Shown here one piece after another: positions 10,204 through 23,065 of a DNA stretch of 28,134 bases. Positions within the stretch are counted from its first letter, which is position 1; each line of letters begins with the position of its first letter. Location of the stretch: positions 114,288 to 142,421 of the forward strand of contig MU008227.1 of assembly GCA_010909165.1 (NCBI GenBank), in the 5' to 3' direction. The position numbers and the translations under genes are program-made. Source of the stretch: Anthoceros angustus. Taxonomy: Eukaryota; Plantae; Anthocerotophyta. Below the pieces are notes generated by a model. That model ran no database searches. It was not told the DNA's origin and saw nothing but the letters and a program-made list of their open reading frames with translations.

Positions 10204-12362
10204 ATGGCACCCAAGAAAGCGCTTGGAGGAGTGTGGCCCCGGAGGAGCGCAACATTGTGACCGACGCTACCCCGACTTTGGTCCATGGCTCGAGGAGGCG
10301 GAGGGATCGGTCGAGGAGTGGCACTGGACATCTTCCCGGTCCGGACCATGATAGGCCACCATGGTCCGGAATACGCCAAGATGCCGTGGCAAGGAAGGAG
10401 GTCCGCCCAGAACTTAGGGAGGACCAAAAAGATGGACGGTGGAAGTCCCGAGGCCTATCGCCCAAGGAGGAGGTAGGAGGTGTGGTGCCAAGGTAAAGGG
10501 GAAGGTGGAAGCGGCTAAGGCGGCCCTCCTACGCCCAGGGACACAGCGATCCTCGAACGGATGGCTGATGTCGGAGCTCCTGGACAAGAGGGTAAGGGCA
10601 GTGGCGAAAATAATCGTCCACTGGAACATGCTGACCAAGGTGGATCACCTTGGTGATAATCTGCTGGTCTTCCTCCACGACCTGCAGAAAGGCAAGCGCG
10701 CAGATTGGGGGAAGATAATTCACGGAAGGATCAGTCAGGAGGCGCGCAAACTGAGGTGTGAGAAGCCACCTCCCTCAGCGCTGACGCCGTTCTTGATCCA
10801 TGTATGGGGGCACGCGGACCTCCTGAAGAAGGGTGAGGAGGAACGAGCCCAAGAAAGGGTTACCGCCCCACTGAGGTGGAGGGAGAAGGCCGAAGGAGGT
10901 CCGGCCAAGCAAGAGGGTCCGGAGGAAGACGATCGAAGGCATTCCGGACTCCATACGCTTGGAACGGACTCCTCGCCACCTAGGGAAGTTTGGGAGGAGA
11001 TTCCTTCCTCCTTTTGGTGCCCTCCGAGCACAAGATGAGGAAGCCGAGAAGGGCGATGGCCCAGACCGGACAGCACCAACAACCACGACGGCCGCCGAAC
11101 CCCGACGCCCGGAGCCAAGAGGCGGAAGACGGCCGCTTACCAACGCAAAGACCTCGAAGGTGTGACTTACCCCGCCCACCTGAGTGGCAAGAGGTCAAGA
11201 GGCGTAAGGAGGGCGAAAGGGATGCCCAAGGAGCGGAGGTCACGCAGCAGCCACCGAGCCGGGTCCTGCTCCAACAGGAGAGGGCAAAGAGCTTGCTCCT
11301 GACCCTCACCCTCCGAGCCCTGGAGAAAGAGGGCAAAAGGAGTTAGGGCCAAGAGGGTGAGGTCCCTGACCACCACACTGTGACCCGAGGGTCCCGACAG
11401 GTCCGAGAACCCACCCCGACTCCTCCCGATCATGGGAGGTCCTGACGGACTGTGAGATGCCCGCGCCCACCAAGGACTTTGTGGCATCTCCTCACGTGGC
11501 CGTGGAAGAAACACGGAGTCTGCTACCGCCATGGACGGAATGCTTGGGGCCTGTGGCAGCAGAGAAGGCCCTGGAAGTGGAGGCCACCCGAGGAGGATGG
11601 TGGAACCCAAGAGCAAGTGAAGGCGCCTGTGAGGCAAAGGAAAGGCGGAGTCCCTCGCCGGATCGAGGAAGGAAACGCGGCGGAGCGAGGCCCGGTTCAG
11701 CAGACGACCAAGGTTCTTCACCAACAAATCAAGCAAGCTCAGGAGGCCCAAGCTGGGCGGAGGACCTTGCAAACGTGAGGGGGAAGCGAGGAGGAAGAGA
11801 GGCGGAGAAGCGACTTGGCCGAGGCGGAGGCGGCCAGACCACACCAAGCGAGGTGAAAGGCGGGAGGCGGAAGCCGGGCAAAGAGCGACCGGGATCACTA
11901 CCGACGTGATCGAACCGTGGAGGGAGTCATGAGGCTAACCGAAGGCAGCGGCCATGGAGCAAGGCCTGAAGGGAGATGGAGGCCAAGACTCGGGAGATAG
12001 GAGATCTCCGAGTACACGCAGGAAGTAGAGGAGAGGCAGCAGATGGAGGACAAGAAGGACACCGGAGCTACAACCCAAGATGCGGAGAAAGCAGTGATTC
12101 TCAACGAGAGAATCCACGACTGAGCACGAAATAGAGTGCCTCCATGTCTCAAGACGGAGGAAAATCGCGACTATCCAAGGAGTTGGACGCGTGCGAAGGA
12201 ACCGGAAGCTGTGGCCTGATGGATATACCGATTGGAGAGGAGGTGGCGAGCACGTAATGAGGGGAGGAGAGCGCTAGAGGAGGAAAGAAGCCCCGTCCAG
12301 AGAAAGGGAGCCGGGCTCCATGGCTAATGGCGGCAAACGAAAAGGGAGGGAGGAGCGAGTGA
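10204..12362 (+). pseudogene. Extra ORF inside the 5' LTR (MAPKK...; DWGKII...LTPFLIH domain, low-complexity middle, coiled-coil C-terminus), frameshifted
   Basis: ATG at 10204; protein-like block VDHLGDNLLVFLHDLQKGKRADWGKIIHGRISQEARKLRCEKPPPSALTPFLIHVWG in track ORF 10439..11038; second copy with matching ATG and stop in the 3' LTR. Confidence 0.6.
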
Positions 12363-12829
12363 GCAAAGGCCGCAGGAGGTGACCGAGGCCGCCTGTAGCG
12401 AGCCGCCCGGCCGCTGGCAAGCTGGCAGAGAGAGCCGGGCAACAACACTCCCACCGCCTAACACTTATGGCGAGGGAGTACGGTGCCCGCACACGTGGAA
12501 GAGGCACCAACAAGTCGATCTGACTTTGCCTATTACCACGCCGAGCTCAAGGCGTGAGGCACACCCCCGAGGACGGACTCGACGGCCCGGAAGGCGAGGG
12601 AAGAAGGCCACGGGACAGTGGCCAGGGACCTTGCTTGAGATGAGGAGCGTGAGAGGAGCAACCGGGAGGAGCGGAACGAGGGAGCGGCGGATGCGAGGTA
12701 AGCACCCCGCACCTCACCATGGAAGGAGGGGCCAACGAGGAGTCGCCGGGCGATCGGGAACAGGAAGGACTTCGAGGGAGAGCCACGAGGAGTCCCGTGA
12801 GGGAGGAAACCCGGGGCGGAGTCCTGACT

Positions 12830-12925
12830 TTGTCCGAGAGGCCGACTCAAGTCCGACTGAATAAGCCGACCTCAAGTCCGGACTAAAGTCCGAAGTCCGA
12901 CTGAATCGGTCCGACCTAGACAAGG
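12830..12925 (+). repeat. Degenerate short tandem repeat (agtccgac-based) within the LTR; counterpart at ~22120-22270
   Basis: Repeated gtccgac/gtccggac units in both LTR copies with different array lengths. Confidence 0.6.
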
Positions 12926-13721
12926 ACTCGAGGTCCGGACTAGGCCTGAGACGTGAATCGGAGTTCGGAGTCGAGACAGACCTCGAGGACCGGCTCAAGA
13001 AGGGAGGAGCCCCTCGACTTACGCTTAGGGGAGATAGCGGGCCCCACCGGGCAAGGGACCTGTGGGAGGCTGGGGAGGATGACGTGTGGTACTGTCGATC
13101 ACCACGAGCCCAACCTCGGTGATTCCGGAGAGGAGGGGCCTCACGCATCATCCGATTGCGAACCGTGACGGGGATTGACCACCCATCCCGAGGCGGCCTG
13201 ACCTTCCCACACCGCCAAGGAAGGAGATAGGGGAGGAAATAGGATGGTAGGCGCCGATTAGGTATACCGAGCCATCACCGTAATAGGGGTGTAATAAAGA
13301 CGCCACCTTGGGCGAGATAAGAGGGCCGAGGCCGCCTAGTAAAGCATCTTTCTTGGTGTTGATGCCGCTCTGCTGCACCTTGGTCTTCTTGCTAACGTGA
13401 GTCCCGAGTCACCGAAAGGTGCACGATACCCGGGAGATTGATCAAGGTCCCGTGACGGACTTAACGCTGGTGGTGTGCGTGGGAAGGACGATCGAGGACC
13501 CTTGTCGCCGAGAGCGCGGTCCAACCGAACGGACCGAACGTGTGAGCCGGAGGAACTGGAGGGTGTGCAGAGCCCGGACGAGAGGCCCGAGCAACGAGAG
13601 GAGGTCCGACTCACGCTTTTTCTAAGATAAGAGAGAGAGCGGAGGAGAGAGGAAAGGATCGATGCGATGGAACGATACGGACGAACGGGTCTCAAACGCT
13701 TGGCCACACCGGCCTCAGACG

Positions 13722-13729
13722 TATAAATA
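13722..13729 (+). promoter_or_regulatory. Candidate LTR TATA box (5' LTR)
   Basis: TATAAATA in otherwise GC-rich sequence, ~145 bp before the LTR end, conserved in the other LTR. Confidence 0.6.
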
Positions 13730-13874
13730 GTGTAGAAGATTGAGTGTGTGTGAAGTGGACCAAGAAAGGTGAGAATCACCCGCTGCAAACGGAGCCTATC
13801 ATTCCTTTGGGAACTTCTTCCTACAACGACACGGATTGTGCGCGCCGCCCATCAAGAAAAGTCGCGCCACATTT

Positions 13875-13892
13875 TGGCGCCGCTGTCGGGAA
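13875..13892 (+). other. Primer-binding site, tRNA-Asp type
   Basis: TGGCGCCGCTGTCGGGAA 3 nt after the LTR CA end; 15/18 match to the complement of the plant tRNA-Asp 3' end as recalled (TGGCGCCGTTGCCGGGGA, the Athila-type PBS). Confidence 0.8.
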
Positions 13893-15413
13893 TGAAATCG
13901 TCAGGCGTGGATGCGGAGGACGTGAAGTGGAAGCTAAGAGAGCCGGACGAGGATCGCCAGCGCCCGAGCACGTGAAAGACGACGCTCGGAGGCGAGACAC
14001 AAACCCAACGGTGGACGCCGATCGTGGAGGAAGAAGTAGCACCACGCCAACGGAAGTAAGGGACGCTCAAACTGCCCTACGATGGGCAACAACGTCACGA
14101 CAAGCATCATATTGGAGGGAAGAAGGAGAGGATGCGAGACCTTTGTGGAGGATTTTGTCCAAAGCCAACTTCAACGGAGAGGGAGTCGATGCACATCCAT
14201 TCCAAGGGGTTCTCCGGGAGGGGCCCGGTACCGGTATCGGAGCCACCCTGCCCCCCCCAACCTTGAAGCTTTGAAAATGCCTTCTAGAACGGTTTCGGGA
14301 TCGACCAGAGGGTATGTCAAAGTTGGAAGCGAGGGAAGAAGGAGAAGTTGGGATCAGACATCGAACGGTTCTATGCCCGAGATCACACCCACCCATACCA
14401 CTGCAAGCGGACGTGGTTCGCGCCGGCCTAGCCAAACCCATGGCTGCACGTGGCCCGAGAAGGACGTGGCAAGGCGGTCCGGAGAAACTAAGAATCGATA
14501 AACCAACGAAGGAGGCAAGGAGGAAGAAGAAGAAGAAGAAACGGGTGACTCGAGGAGGAAGAGTCTGAGGAGGAGGATGAGACCGAGGTGTCTTCGGAGG
14601 AGGAGGAAGAGGACTCAAGAAGAGACGAGGTCTCTGGAAGAAGAGTATCCCGCAAGAAGAAGAAGAAGAAGCCCAAAAGAAGCAGGGTGGTAAGAAGGAG
14701 GTGATACACCGGTCCGAGGCTCCGACCCGACTCCCTCAAAGGAAGCAGAGGAGGAGGAAAAGTGATAAGAGAGTGGAGGAGGACGATCAACCAAGTGTTA
14801 AGGACCGAGCGCGGAAAACACCACTACCGAACCATCTGGTGTGCCGCCAAGATGGGCATTCAAAGGCTAACGCCTCCGCCTCGTGAACCGTGAGTACGAA
14901 CGGGAGGAGGCCGAGGAATGGGAAGAGGCTACCGTGCAAGAAGCCTCCGCCGCGATATCCCAAAACCATGTATCCGCCAACCGGAGGTCCATCCAACACC
15001 CCACCGATGCAAAGACCGCATGGGAGCCCTTCTTCTCGGCCGTGGTCTTGGAACTGTGGAACCCCGCACTTACAACGCGCCCATACCCCAACGGCAGGTA
15101 ATGGGACTTGAACGTGGGGATTGCAAGTGGCACATGGCGCAAGACGCTATGTCCCAACCTCGCAAGGACGGCGCTACGCCACACCAGGGAGAAATCACCA
15201 CGCCTCCACCTCCTAAGCGCTACCTTTGAAGATGCACGGAGGGAAGAGGCCCGGGATGGAACGGAGTGCAAGGGCGAGGGGAGGAGAAGGGGATCGGAGG
15301 TACCGGAAGTGTCAAGGTCAGGAGCGAAGGAAGGAGGCGCTAAGAGGAAGAAAATGAAGACAAACACGACAGAGGACGGACACCGCAAAGGAGGATCCAC
15401 TAAGGAGGATTAA
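13893..15413 (+). pseudogene. gag: gag (capsid-like region, Lys/acidic tracts, degenerate CCHC knuckle), frameshifted
   Basis: Directly after the PBS; YVKxxxxxxRSWDQ...RFY-like segment (~14310-14380); (aag)n Lys tracts; C..GHMA...CP remnant at ~15115-15155. Start and stop approximate. Confidence 0.6.
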
Positions 15414-18400
15414 CGAAGCTCACCAAGGAAGCCTCCGCGTTGGGAGAAGGACTCCACCCGCAACACGGGCCCCACCGGACGAGTCCGAGGAAGTGAGATG
15501 TTGTGAAGAGATGCGCAGCATCCGAGTGGTACCACACGGGGAGACCCGAGGAGAGGAGAGGACGCGAGCAGGGAGCCACCCCGCCTTTAATGTGGCGACC
15601 GATGATGAATCAACAACATTTGTCCGAGGGAAAGACAACCCAATATCAAGAGGTCCGAGGAGGGAAACAACCACGCAAACCCGTGAAGGACAAGAATGTG
15701 AAGTGAGGGTGGTGTCCCGACGGCCAGTGGGCGAGACGGGTGTATCAAGATGTACTGCTGGACACGGGTCCGGAGTCAACCTCATCACCGAAGCCACGCA
15801 AGACGTTGGGCTTCACATCCTTCCATCCACCAACGAAGACTCGAATGGCGGATATGTCAAGAAGAGCCCGGGAGTTAACCGAGTCTTGCCACCATAGCGG
15901 AGCCCCCTACAACCGATTTTGTTGTGATCCGCCGACCATTAGGGTATGAGGTTGCTGGGCGCCATGGCTGGGTTGGCCTGCATAAAGCTACACTTTGGAA
16001 GGAAGGAGATTCACTTGCCGGATTGGGACCAAGGTCGAAGGAAGGGTTGCTATCACCGGAGCAAGGACACCTATTGTGGGAAACCGTGAGCACCACGGAG
16101 GGTATACCTCAGATAAGAGGATGAACAAGATAGACCGAGGAGGCACTTTCGCCAAGATCCGGTCCGAGGAGGAGATGGACTACCAGGGATGCCTTTGGCG
16201 AAGGAGGTTGATTGTTTGAGTAAACGCACAACGGGCGGAAGGAAGAAGAGGGTCCAAAGACAAGGGGAGAAGAGTGGGGGACATCAAGGAGTAACACGAT
16301 TCACCTCCGACGAGCTCTTCGAGAATGGGGATGCGAGAGGACGATCCCGTGAGGAGGACGAGGGGTTTGGACGCGAAAAGACGAGAACGGGAGACGGTGA
16401 ACCCGACGACGTGGAAGAAGTGGAGGTCCGCCAGCAAATTCAAGTTTAAGAAAGGCATGCCTCCGGACCAAGGAAGGACTAAAGCTGGGGAGTTTTATGA
16501 GGTGTTCGCTCAAGGTCACGGACATGAAGGGCATTCAAGAAGTGGGAGAGCATAAGATCGATTTGAAGCCGGAGCGGTGCCATCAATCCGACAATACAAG
16601 CTCAACCCCAAGTATTCGATCAAGGTGAAGGAGGTCCTTGATAAGTACCGGAGGCGACATCATTTTCCCCATCACAGCCGAGTGGGTCGCCTGATTGTGG
16701 TGGTTCCCAAGAAACCAGACAAATTGCATGCCAAGATTGAGGAAGCTCAAGAACGGAGAAGGACCACTTCCGATGCCATTCAGACGACATTTTGGACAAG
16801 GTGGACGGACTACTTACTCCTTCCTCGGATGGCTACTCCGGATACAACCAATTGCACCTAAGGGAGTTTGACCGGGACAAGACGACCTTCACTACGGAGT
16901 GGGGTACGCTTGCCTACAAGAGAAGTGCCTTTGGGATGACCGAGCGCTGTGGTCGCTCATGATGGTGACCAACGCCTTCCGTGACTTCGAGGGACTTCAT
17001 GGAGATATTCCGGATGATTTTGTGTGCATGGGGAGCAGGACAAACACCTTGGACATCTAAGAAGGTGCTTGAGCCGGAGACTCAATTGAGCCTACACCCG
17101 AGAAATGCTACTTTGGAATGACGGAGGGAATCTTCGACATCGCTGAATCGAGGTGGACCAGACAAGGTCCGGTCATCCGCCTCTCCACCGACGAACCTAA
17201 AGGAGCCGAGAGGTTTCGAATGGTGGGATACTACCGGTTTATTAAGGACTTTAAGAGGGCTAAGTTGATGTAATCCGCTGAAGGAGGAGGTTTGGACCGT
17301 CTCGTGAGCGAGAGGAGGCCTTCGGATTTATGTAACACCTTGGTAAGCGCACCGTCTAAGAGGACCGGATCGAGCAAGAAATTTCATGTGTAGATGTCCG
17401 CTATCGGAGTAGCCGTAAGGACGATAAGCAAGGGATTATCCCGATACTACTACCGGACGATACCACCCACGCTGAACGAAAATACACAACTACAGAGCCA
17501 AGCACCGGGTATGGGTCAAGAAATTCGACACTACCGCTACCCAAAGTGAGTTTGTGTTCTATGTAGACCACTTTGCTCAAGCATCCGGTGAATAAGGACC
17601 CGTCCGGACGGATAGCAAGGTGGATATTGTTGCCGCAGGAGTTCACGTCAAGTGGAAACAAGACAAGGGAGGCAGACCAAATGCATTTCCACGATTGAAA
17701 ACAGAAAGTGAGAGATCGTGAAGATGCTCCTGATGAGACATTGGTTGCCGCAGAAAAGTACAACCGAGGAGCCCACCGACCAACCCCAAGCTACGAGAAC
17801 CGGGCACTTAGTGTAAGTGAGAAGGGAGGGTCTCACCGTCCGACCACGAAGAAATAGAGTACTGGGAATGGAGCTTCCCAAAATCACTCGTGATGAGGGA
17901 GGCATTCGTGCACTATGCTCGACCCTTCGTAATGTACAACGGTGTGTGTTCAAATTAGGGCCGACGGAGTAGAACGAAGGTACTTACAACCCAGAGATGT
18001 GAGCGGCGCTGTGGGAATGCACGAAGGATTGGGGAGGACACTACGCAAAGACAGTCACCACCAAAAGATTTTGAAGCGGATACGTGGCCAACAATGTATG
18101 GGGACACCCACCGCGGAAGAAGTGTGATGCTTGTCGGATCGGAAGCCAACCCCGACGACACAAAGGCCGCTAGTACCGATATTGGCACCGCACCTTTTGA
18201 GAAGTGGGTATTGACTTTGTTGGACCCATACACACGACAAGACACACAAAAGGAGATACATGGGTGGCAACGGACCATCGCACTGTGGGTAGAGGCGAAG
18301 AACGGACTGCAAACACCGCGCAAATTCCTTTATGAGAACATCATACGCGGATGGGTGTCCGCCGTACCTGGTAAGCGATAGGGGAACCCATTTCCTCAAT

Positions 18401-18964
18401 GATGGTGGCCGCCATGACGGAGTATTTCGCATCAATCATCGCAAGACACTACAATCCTAAGGCCAATGGGTTGACAGAGAAGACAAATGGGCTCATCTCG
18501 CAGGATCTCAATAAACTCAGAACTACGCCATGATCGATACCAAGTCGCCATCCGACTGGGCCCGGACGCAGAGAAGGTAACCACACAACGAACTCTATTT
18601 GACCTATGGGCATTCCCGTAATGCCGTGGAGTTTGAAGTGCCCACTTCATGATGGAGAGCCGAACAAGAGGAGAGCCAATCGAGCGACTTTGGGGTTTGT
18701 CCAACACACGAGGGTCGGAAGAAGACAACAAGATGCAACTTGCAGTAATCAACCAATAAGATTTGGCACGCCGAATCGTGAGTATGTGAAGGGGGACCGG
18801 CCTCCTTTATGATAGTCGCATATGCATTTTCCGTGCAAACTTCACCGAGATGGATGGGTCCTTACCAAGTGGTGCAAGTATATGACAACGGGTCCGCTCA
18901 ACCCCGCTAGATGGAGAGTCGCTCACCCGGTGAACGGGTGGCGGTGAAGAAGTATTATGTTTAG
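15414..18964 (+). pseudogene. pol: pol: aspartic protease, reverse transcriptase, RNase H, integrase; heavily frameshifted
   Basis: VLLDTG/SGVNLITE (~15752-15793); VVVPKKP, SFLDGYSGYNQ, DKTTFTTEWG (~16695-16910); DPSGRIARWILL (~17597-17635); PFEKW.IDFVGP (~18193-18228), DRGTHFLN, YNPKANGLTEKTNG, and VNGWRxKKYYV* ending at TAG 18962-18964. Confidence 0.92.
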
Positions 18965-18984
18965 TGTTGGCGAGACGCCAATGA

Positions 18985-18995
18985 TGAGAAGGGAG
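18985..18995 (+). other. Candidate polypurine tract
   Basis: gagaagggag-type purine run 2 nt before the TGTGGG where LTR homology starts; short, and the whole strand is purine-rich. Confidence 0.4.
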
Positions 18996-19595
18996 TATGT
19001 GGGCTCACTTCCCTGGGAGTTAAGAACAAGTAGGGTTTTGCTTTTTTGTAGGATTGAAGGAAAAATAAGGCGAAAAGGAGGAATAAAATGGCGTGACGAC
19101 TCGGAGCAACGGACCACTCGGAAGCAACAACGACCCACTATGGACACTACTGGACCGGCAAACCGAGAAGTCCGAACCCAGTCCTGTAAGTCACCCAAGT
19201 CAGGATAAGTACGGGAAAGTAACTAGAGCGAGGATGAGAGGCGGCGCCACGTGGACGGCCCCGAGTGGAGGTCGGCATGCAGAGGCCAGACCTGCCTCGC
19301 CAGGGCCGCAGGCAGTATTCACGCCCGCGGGCAAGGCGTAGGCGCAAGCGGAGTAAGCAGCGAGGGTGGGCCATGCACTCGCGCTATGACAATAAGAGGC
19401 GCCTTCCGCCATTTACTCTCAAGAAAGAGCGGGAGTCATTCTCCCAAACCTCCCTCGCCTCGCGCCCGCACATCCGCTTGAGTCTCTTTGCGCCAGGGCC
19501 CACGCCGCGATTTCACGGGCTGAGCAACGCAACGGAGGAGGAGGAGCGCAACGCGACGCCAAATTCCGTGAGCAAGAACAAGAGGAGGAGAAGCA

Positions 19596-21665
19596 ATGGC
19601 ACCCAAAAAGCCGAAGTGGTGCTGGGGCCATGGAGGAGCGAACATTGTGACCCGCGCCATCCGACTTGGCCATGGCCGAGGAAGCAGGGAATTGGTGAGT
19701 GGCACTGGACATCTTCCAAATGGTCTCGACCTTGATACGCCACCATGGTCCGGAGTTTGCCCGAAGATGTCAAGGGATCAACAAGGAGGTCCGATCCAAG
19801 AACCTGGAGGACCCGATGGACCTTGAGGTCCCGAGGCCTACAACCGCCCAAGGAGGAAGAAGGGGGTGTGCCGAGCCCCTCAAGGTAAGGGGAAGGTGGA
19901 AGCGCAGGCGCCCCACGCCGTGACAACGACAACCAACGGATGGTTGATATCCGATCCCGGACAAGAGTAAGGGCGGATCATTGTCCATTGAACTGCCACC
20001 AAGGTGGATCACCTTGGTGATAACCTGGTCTTCCACCCACCGGGAAAGAGCGACTGGGGAAGGATTATTCACCGGATCACCGTGAGGCGCAGAAGCTAAG
20101 GAGCGAGAAGCCACCTCCCCTCACGATGCTCGACATTACGAGCTCTCAAGAAGGGGGAGAGGAACGAGCCTCAAGAAGGGGGCCGCCCCGAGGAGGAGAA
20201 GGTGGGGTCGCCTTCAAGACCAAGGTCCGGAGGAGGACGATCGGGAGGATTCCTGACTCCATACGCTGAGCGAACCCCTCACCACCTGTGGAAGTTTGGG
20301 AGGAGATTCCCTTCCTCCTTTGGTGCCCTCCGAGTACCAAGACAGGAGGGAGTCATGCCGAAGGGCGCTGGCCCAAGACCCAGCACCAACAACCACGACC
20401 CCGACAAACTCGGGAGCCAAGAGGCGGACGCCGCTTACCAACGCAAAGACAAGGTGCCAGACCTTACCCCCGCCCACGAGTGGCAAGAGGTCAAGAGGCT
20501 GTAAGGAGGGCGTAAAGGGACGCCCAAGGAGGAGGTCACCGCGCAGCCCCACCTCGAGCCGGTCCTGCCTCCAGAGAGGGCAAAGGGGCTCCCTGACCCC
20601 TCACCTCCTCCGAGCCCTGTGAGAAAGAGGGCAAAAGGAGTTAGAGGCCAAGAGGGCCAAGAGGGTGAGTCCCTGACCACCACTGTGACCCGAGGGTCCC
20701 GACAGGTCCGAGAACCCACCGACTTACTCGACTGGTATGGAGGTCCTTGGCGGACCGAGATGCCGCCACCAAGGACTTTGTGGCATCTCTCAGGCGTGGA
20801 AGAAACACGGCGAGTCTGCTACCGCCATGGACGGAATGCTTTGGGGTCTGGTACAGAGAAGACCTGTGAAGTGGAGGCCACCCGAGGAGGATGGTGGAAC
20901 CCAAGAGCAAGTGAAGGCCCAGAGGCAAAGGAAAGGCGGAGTCCCCGGATCGAGGAAGGGAAACGGTGGCGGAGCGCGAGGCCCGGCGGTTCAAGCAGAC
21001 TGGTAAGGTTCTTCACCACGAACAAGCAAGCACAGAGGCCCAAGCGGCGAGGACCTTGCAAGTGGGGCGGAGCAAGGAAGGAGGAGGCGAGAGCAGAGAG
21101 CCCGCGAGGCCGAGGCAGGCGGCGACCTGCCACCAAGGCGAGGGGTGAAGGCGGCGGGAGGCCAAGCCGCAAAGAGCGACCGGATCACTACAGACGTGAT
21201 CGAACCGTGGAGAGAGTCGGAGGCACCGAGGTTAACTGAAGGCTAAGGCGCCATGGAGCAAGGGTAAAGGAGGAGATGGAGGCCAGACGGGAGATAGGAG
21301 ATCTCCGAGTACACCGGCAGGAAGTAGAGGAGAGGCGCAGATGGAGGATGAAGGACACGCTGAGCTACAACCCAAGATGCGCTTGAGCAGTGATTCTCAA
21401 CGAGAGAATCCACGACTTCGAGCACGAAATAGAGTGCCCAGCCGCCTCAAGACGGAGGAAAATCGGCGACTATCCAAGGAGTTGGACGCTGCGTGCGTAT
21501 GAACCGGAGGAAGTCCGGTGGATGGATATACCGGAGAGAGGAGCGGACCTTCTGCACGTGAGGGAGGAGAGCGCTAGAGGAGGAAAGAAGCCCGCCGATT
21601 ACGAGAGGCGGGAGCCGGGCTCCATGGCGGGGCCGAGTCAAACGACAAAGGGAGGAGGAGCGTGA
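19596..21665 (+). pseudogene. Second copy of the LTR-internal extra ORF (~690 codons if indels are corrected)
   Basis: MAPKK start (track ORF 19596..19826) and C-terminus ILNERIHDFEHEIEC...SWTLRAYEP...KGGGA* (track ORF 21390..21665), colinear with 10204-12362. Confidence 0.6.
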
Positions 21666-23057
21666 GCAGGAAAGGCAGGAGGTGACCGAGGCCGCTTTGG
21701 TGGCTCAAGGAGTCCCGCCGCTGGCAAGCGGGCGAGAGACAAGCCGGGCAACAACACTCCCAGAACACCTTATGGCGAGGGAGTATGGGTGCCCGCACAT
21801 GTGGAAGAGGCAATTCAACAAGTCGATTCGACTTTGCCTATTACCACGCCGAGCCCTCAAGGCGCCGGAGGCACCTCACCCCAGAGACGACCGGGCCGGA
21901 AGGCGAGGGAAGAAGGCCGGGAAGACGGGACCCTAGTGGCGCTTGGAGATGAGGGAGAGCGGTGAGAGGAGCAGCCGGAGGAGCAACGAGGGAGCGCGGA
22001 TGCGAGGCACCCCGACCTCACCATGGAAGGAGGGGCCAACGAGGAGTCATCGGGAATGCCGGAAGGACTCGAGGAGAGCCACGGAGGAGTCCTGAGGGAG
22101 GAAACCCGGGGGCGAGTGACTGTCCGGACTGAAGGACCGACCAAGTCCTGACCAGAGAAGTCGACCGAGTCCGGACTAAGGAAGTCCGACCTCAAGTCCG
22201 ACCCCAGAAGTCCGGACCCCGAGGTCCGACCCCAGAGACAAGGCCGACTCAGCCGACTCTGAAGGGGACTCGGAGTTCAAGTCGAGACCCCGAGGTCCGG
22301 CTGCAAGAAGGAGGAGCCCCTTCGACTTACGCTTAGGGGAGCAGAGGGTGGCCCCACCGAGGGACCTGTGGGAGGCTGTGGGAGGATGACGCCGGTAACG
22401 CGGCTGACCGCCGCCAGAGCCCAACCCGATGTGATTCCGGAGAGAGGAGGCCCCGCCACGGATCATCCGATTGCGCGCCCACAACGTGACGGGAGATTGA
22501 CCACCCATCCCGAGGCGAACCGACCTTCCCACCCCACACGGAAGGAGATAGGGGAGGAAATAGGATGGTAGCCGATTAGGGTATACCGAGCTGGCCATCA
22601 CCGTAATAGGGGTGTAATAAAGACGCCACCTTGGGCGAGTATAAGAGGGCCGAGGCCTAGTAAAGCATCTTTCTTGGTGTTGATGCCGCTGCTCTGCACC
22701 TTGTGAGTCTTCTTGCTAACGTGAGTCCCGAGTCACCGAAAGGTGCACCCTCCGGAGATCGATCAAGGTCCCGTGACGGACTTAACGTGTGGTGGTGTGT
22801 GTGGAAGGACGATCGAGGACCCTTGTTCGCCGAGAGCGCGGTCCAACGCCGAGGACCGGAACGTGAGCCGGAGGTACTTTGAGGGTGTGAGCCGGACGAG
22901 AGGCGCGAGCAACGAGGAGGTCCCGACCGTAGCTACTTGCGCTCTTTTCCAAGGTTGATAAGTGTAGAGAGAGAAGAGAGGAACGGATCAAGAAACGAGT
23001 GACGAACGGACGAAACGGGTCCTTAAACGCTTGGCCACACCGGCCTGTCGTGAACGT

Positions 23058-23065
23058 TATAAATA
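23058..23065 (+). promoter_or_regulatory. Candidate LTR TATA box (3' LTR copy)
   Basis: TATAAATA at the position equivalent to 13722-13729. Confidence 0.6.

Larger units (their letters stand above)
9496..13871 (+). repeat. 5' LTR (~4.38 kb)
   Basis: Begins TGTGG, ends CCACA directly before the PBS; colinear with 18998-23210 throughout. Confidence 0.8.

Noticed and set aside
13219-13250. Internal polypurine run followed by TG as the start of a short true LTR
   Set aside because: The strand is purine-rich throughout and TGGTA gives only a 2-bp inverted match to the CCACA end; kept only as the alternative model in the LTR finding.
14521-14675. (aag)n microsatellites
   Set aside because: Lys-coding low-complexity tracts within gag.
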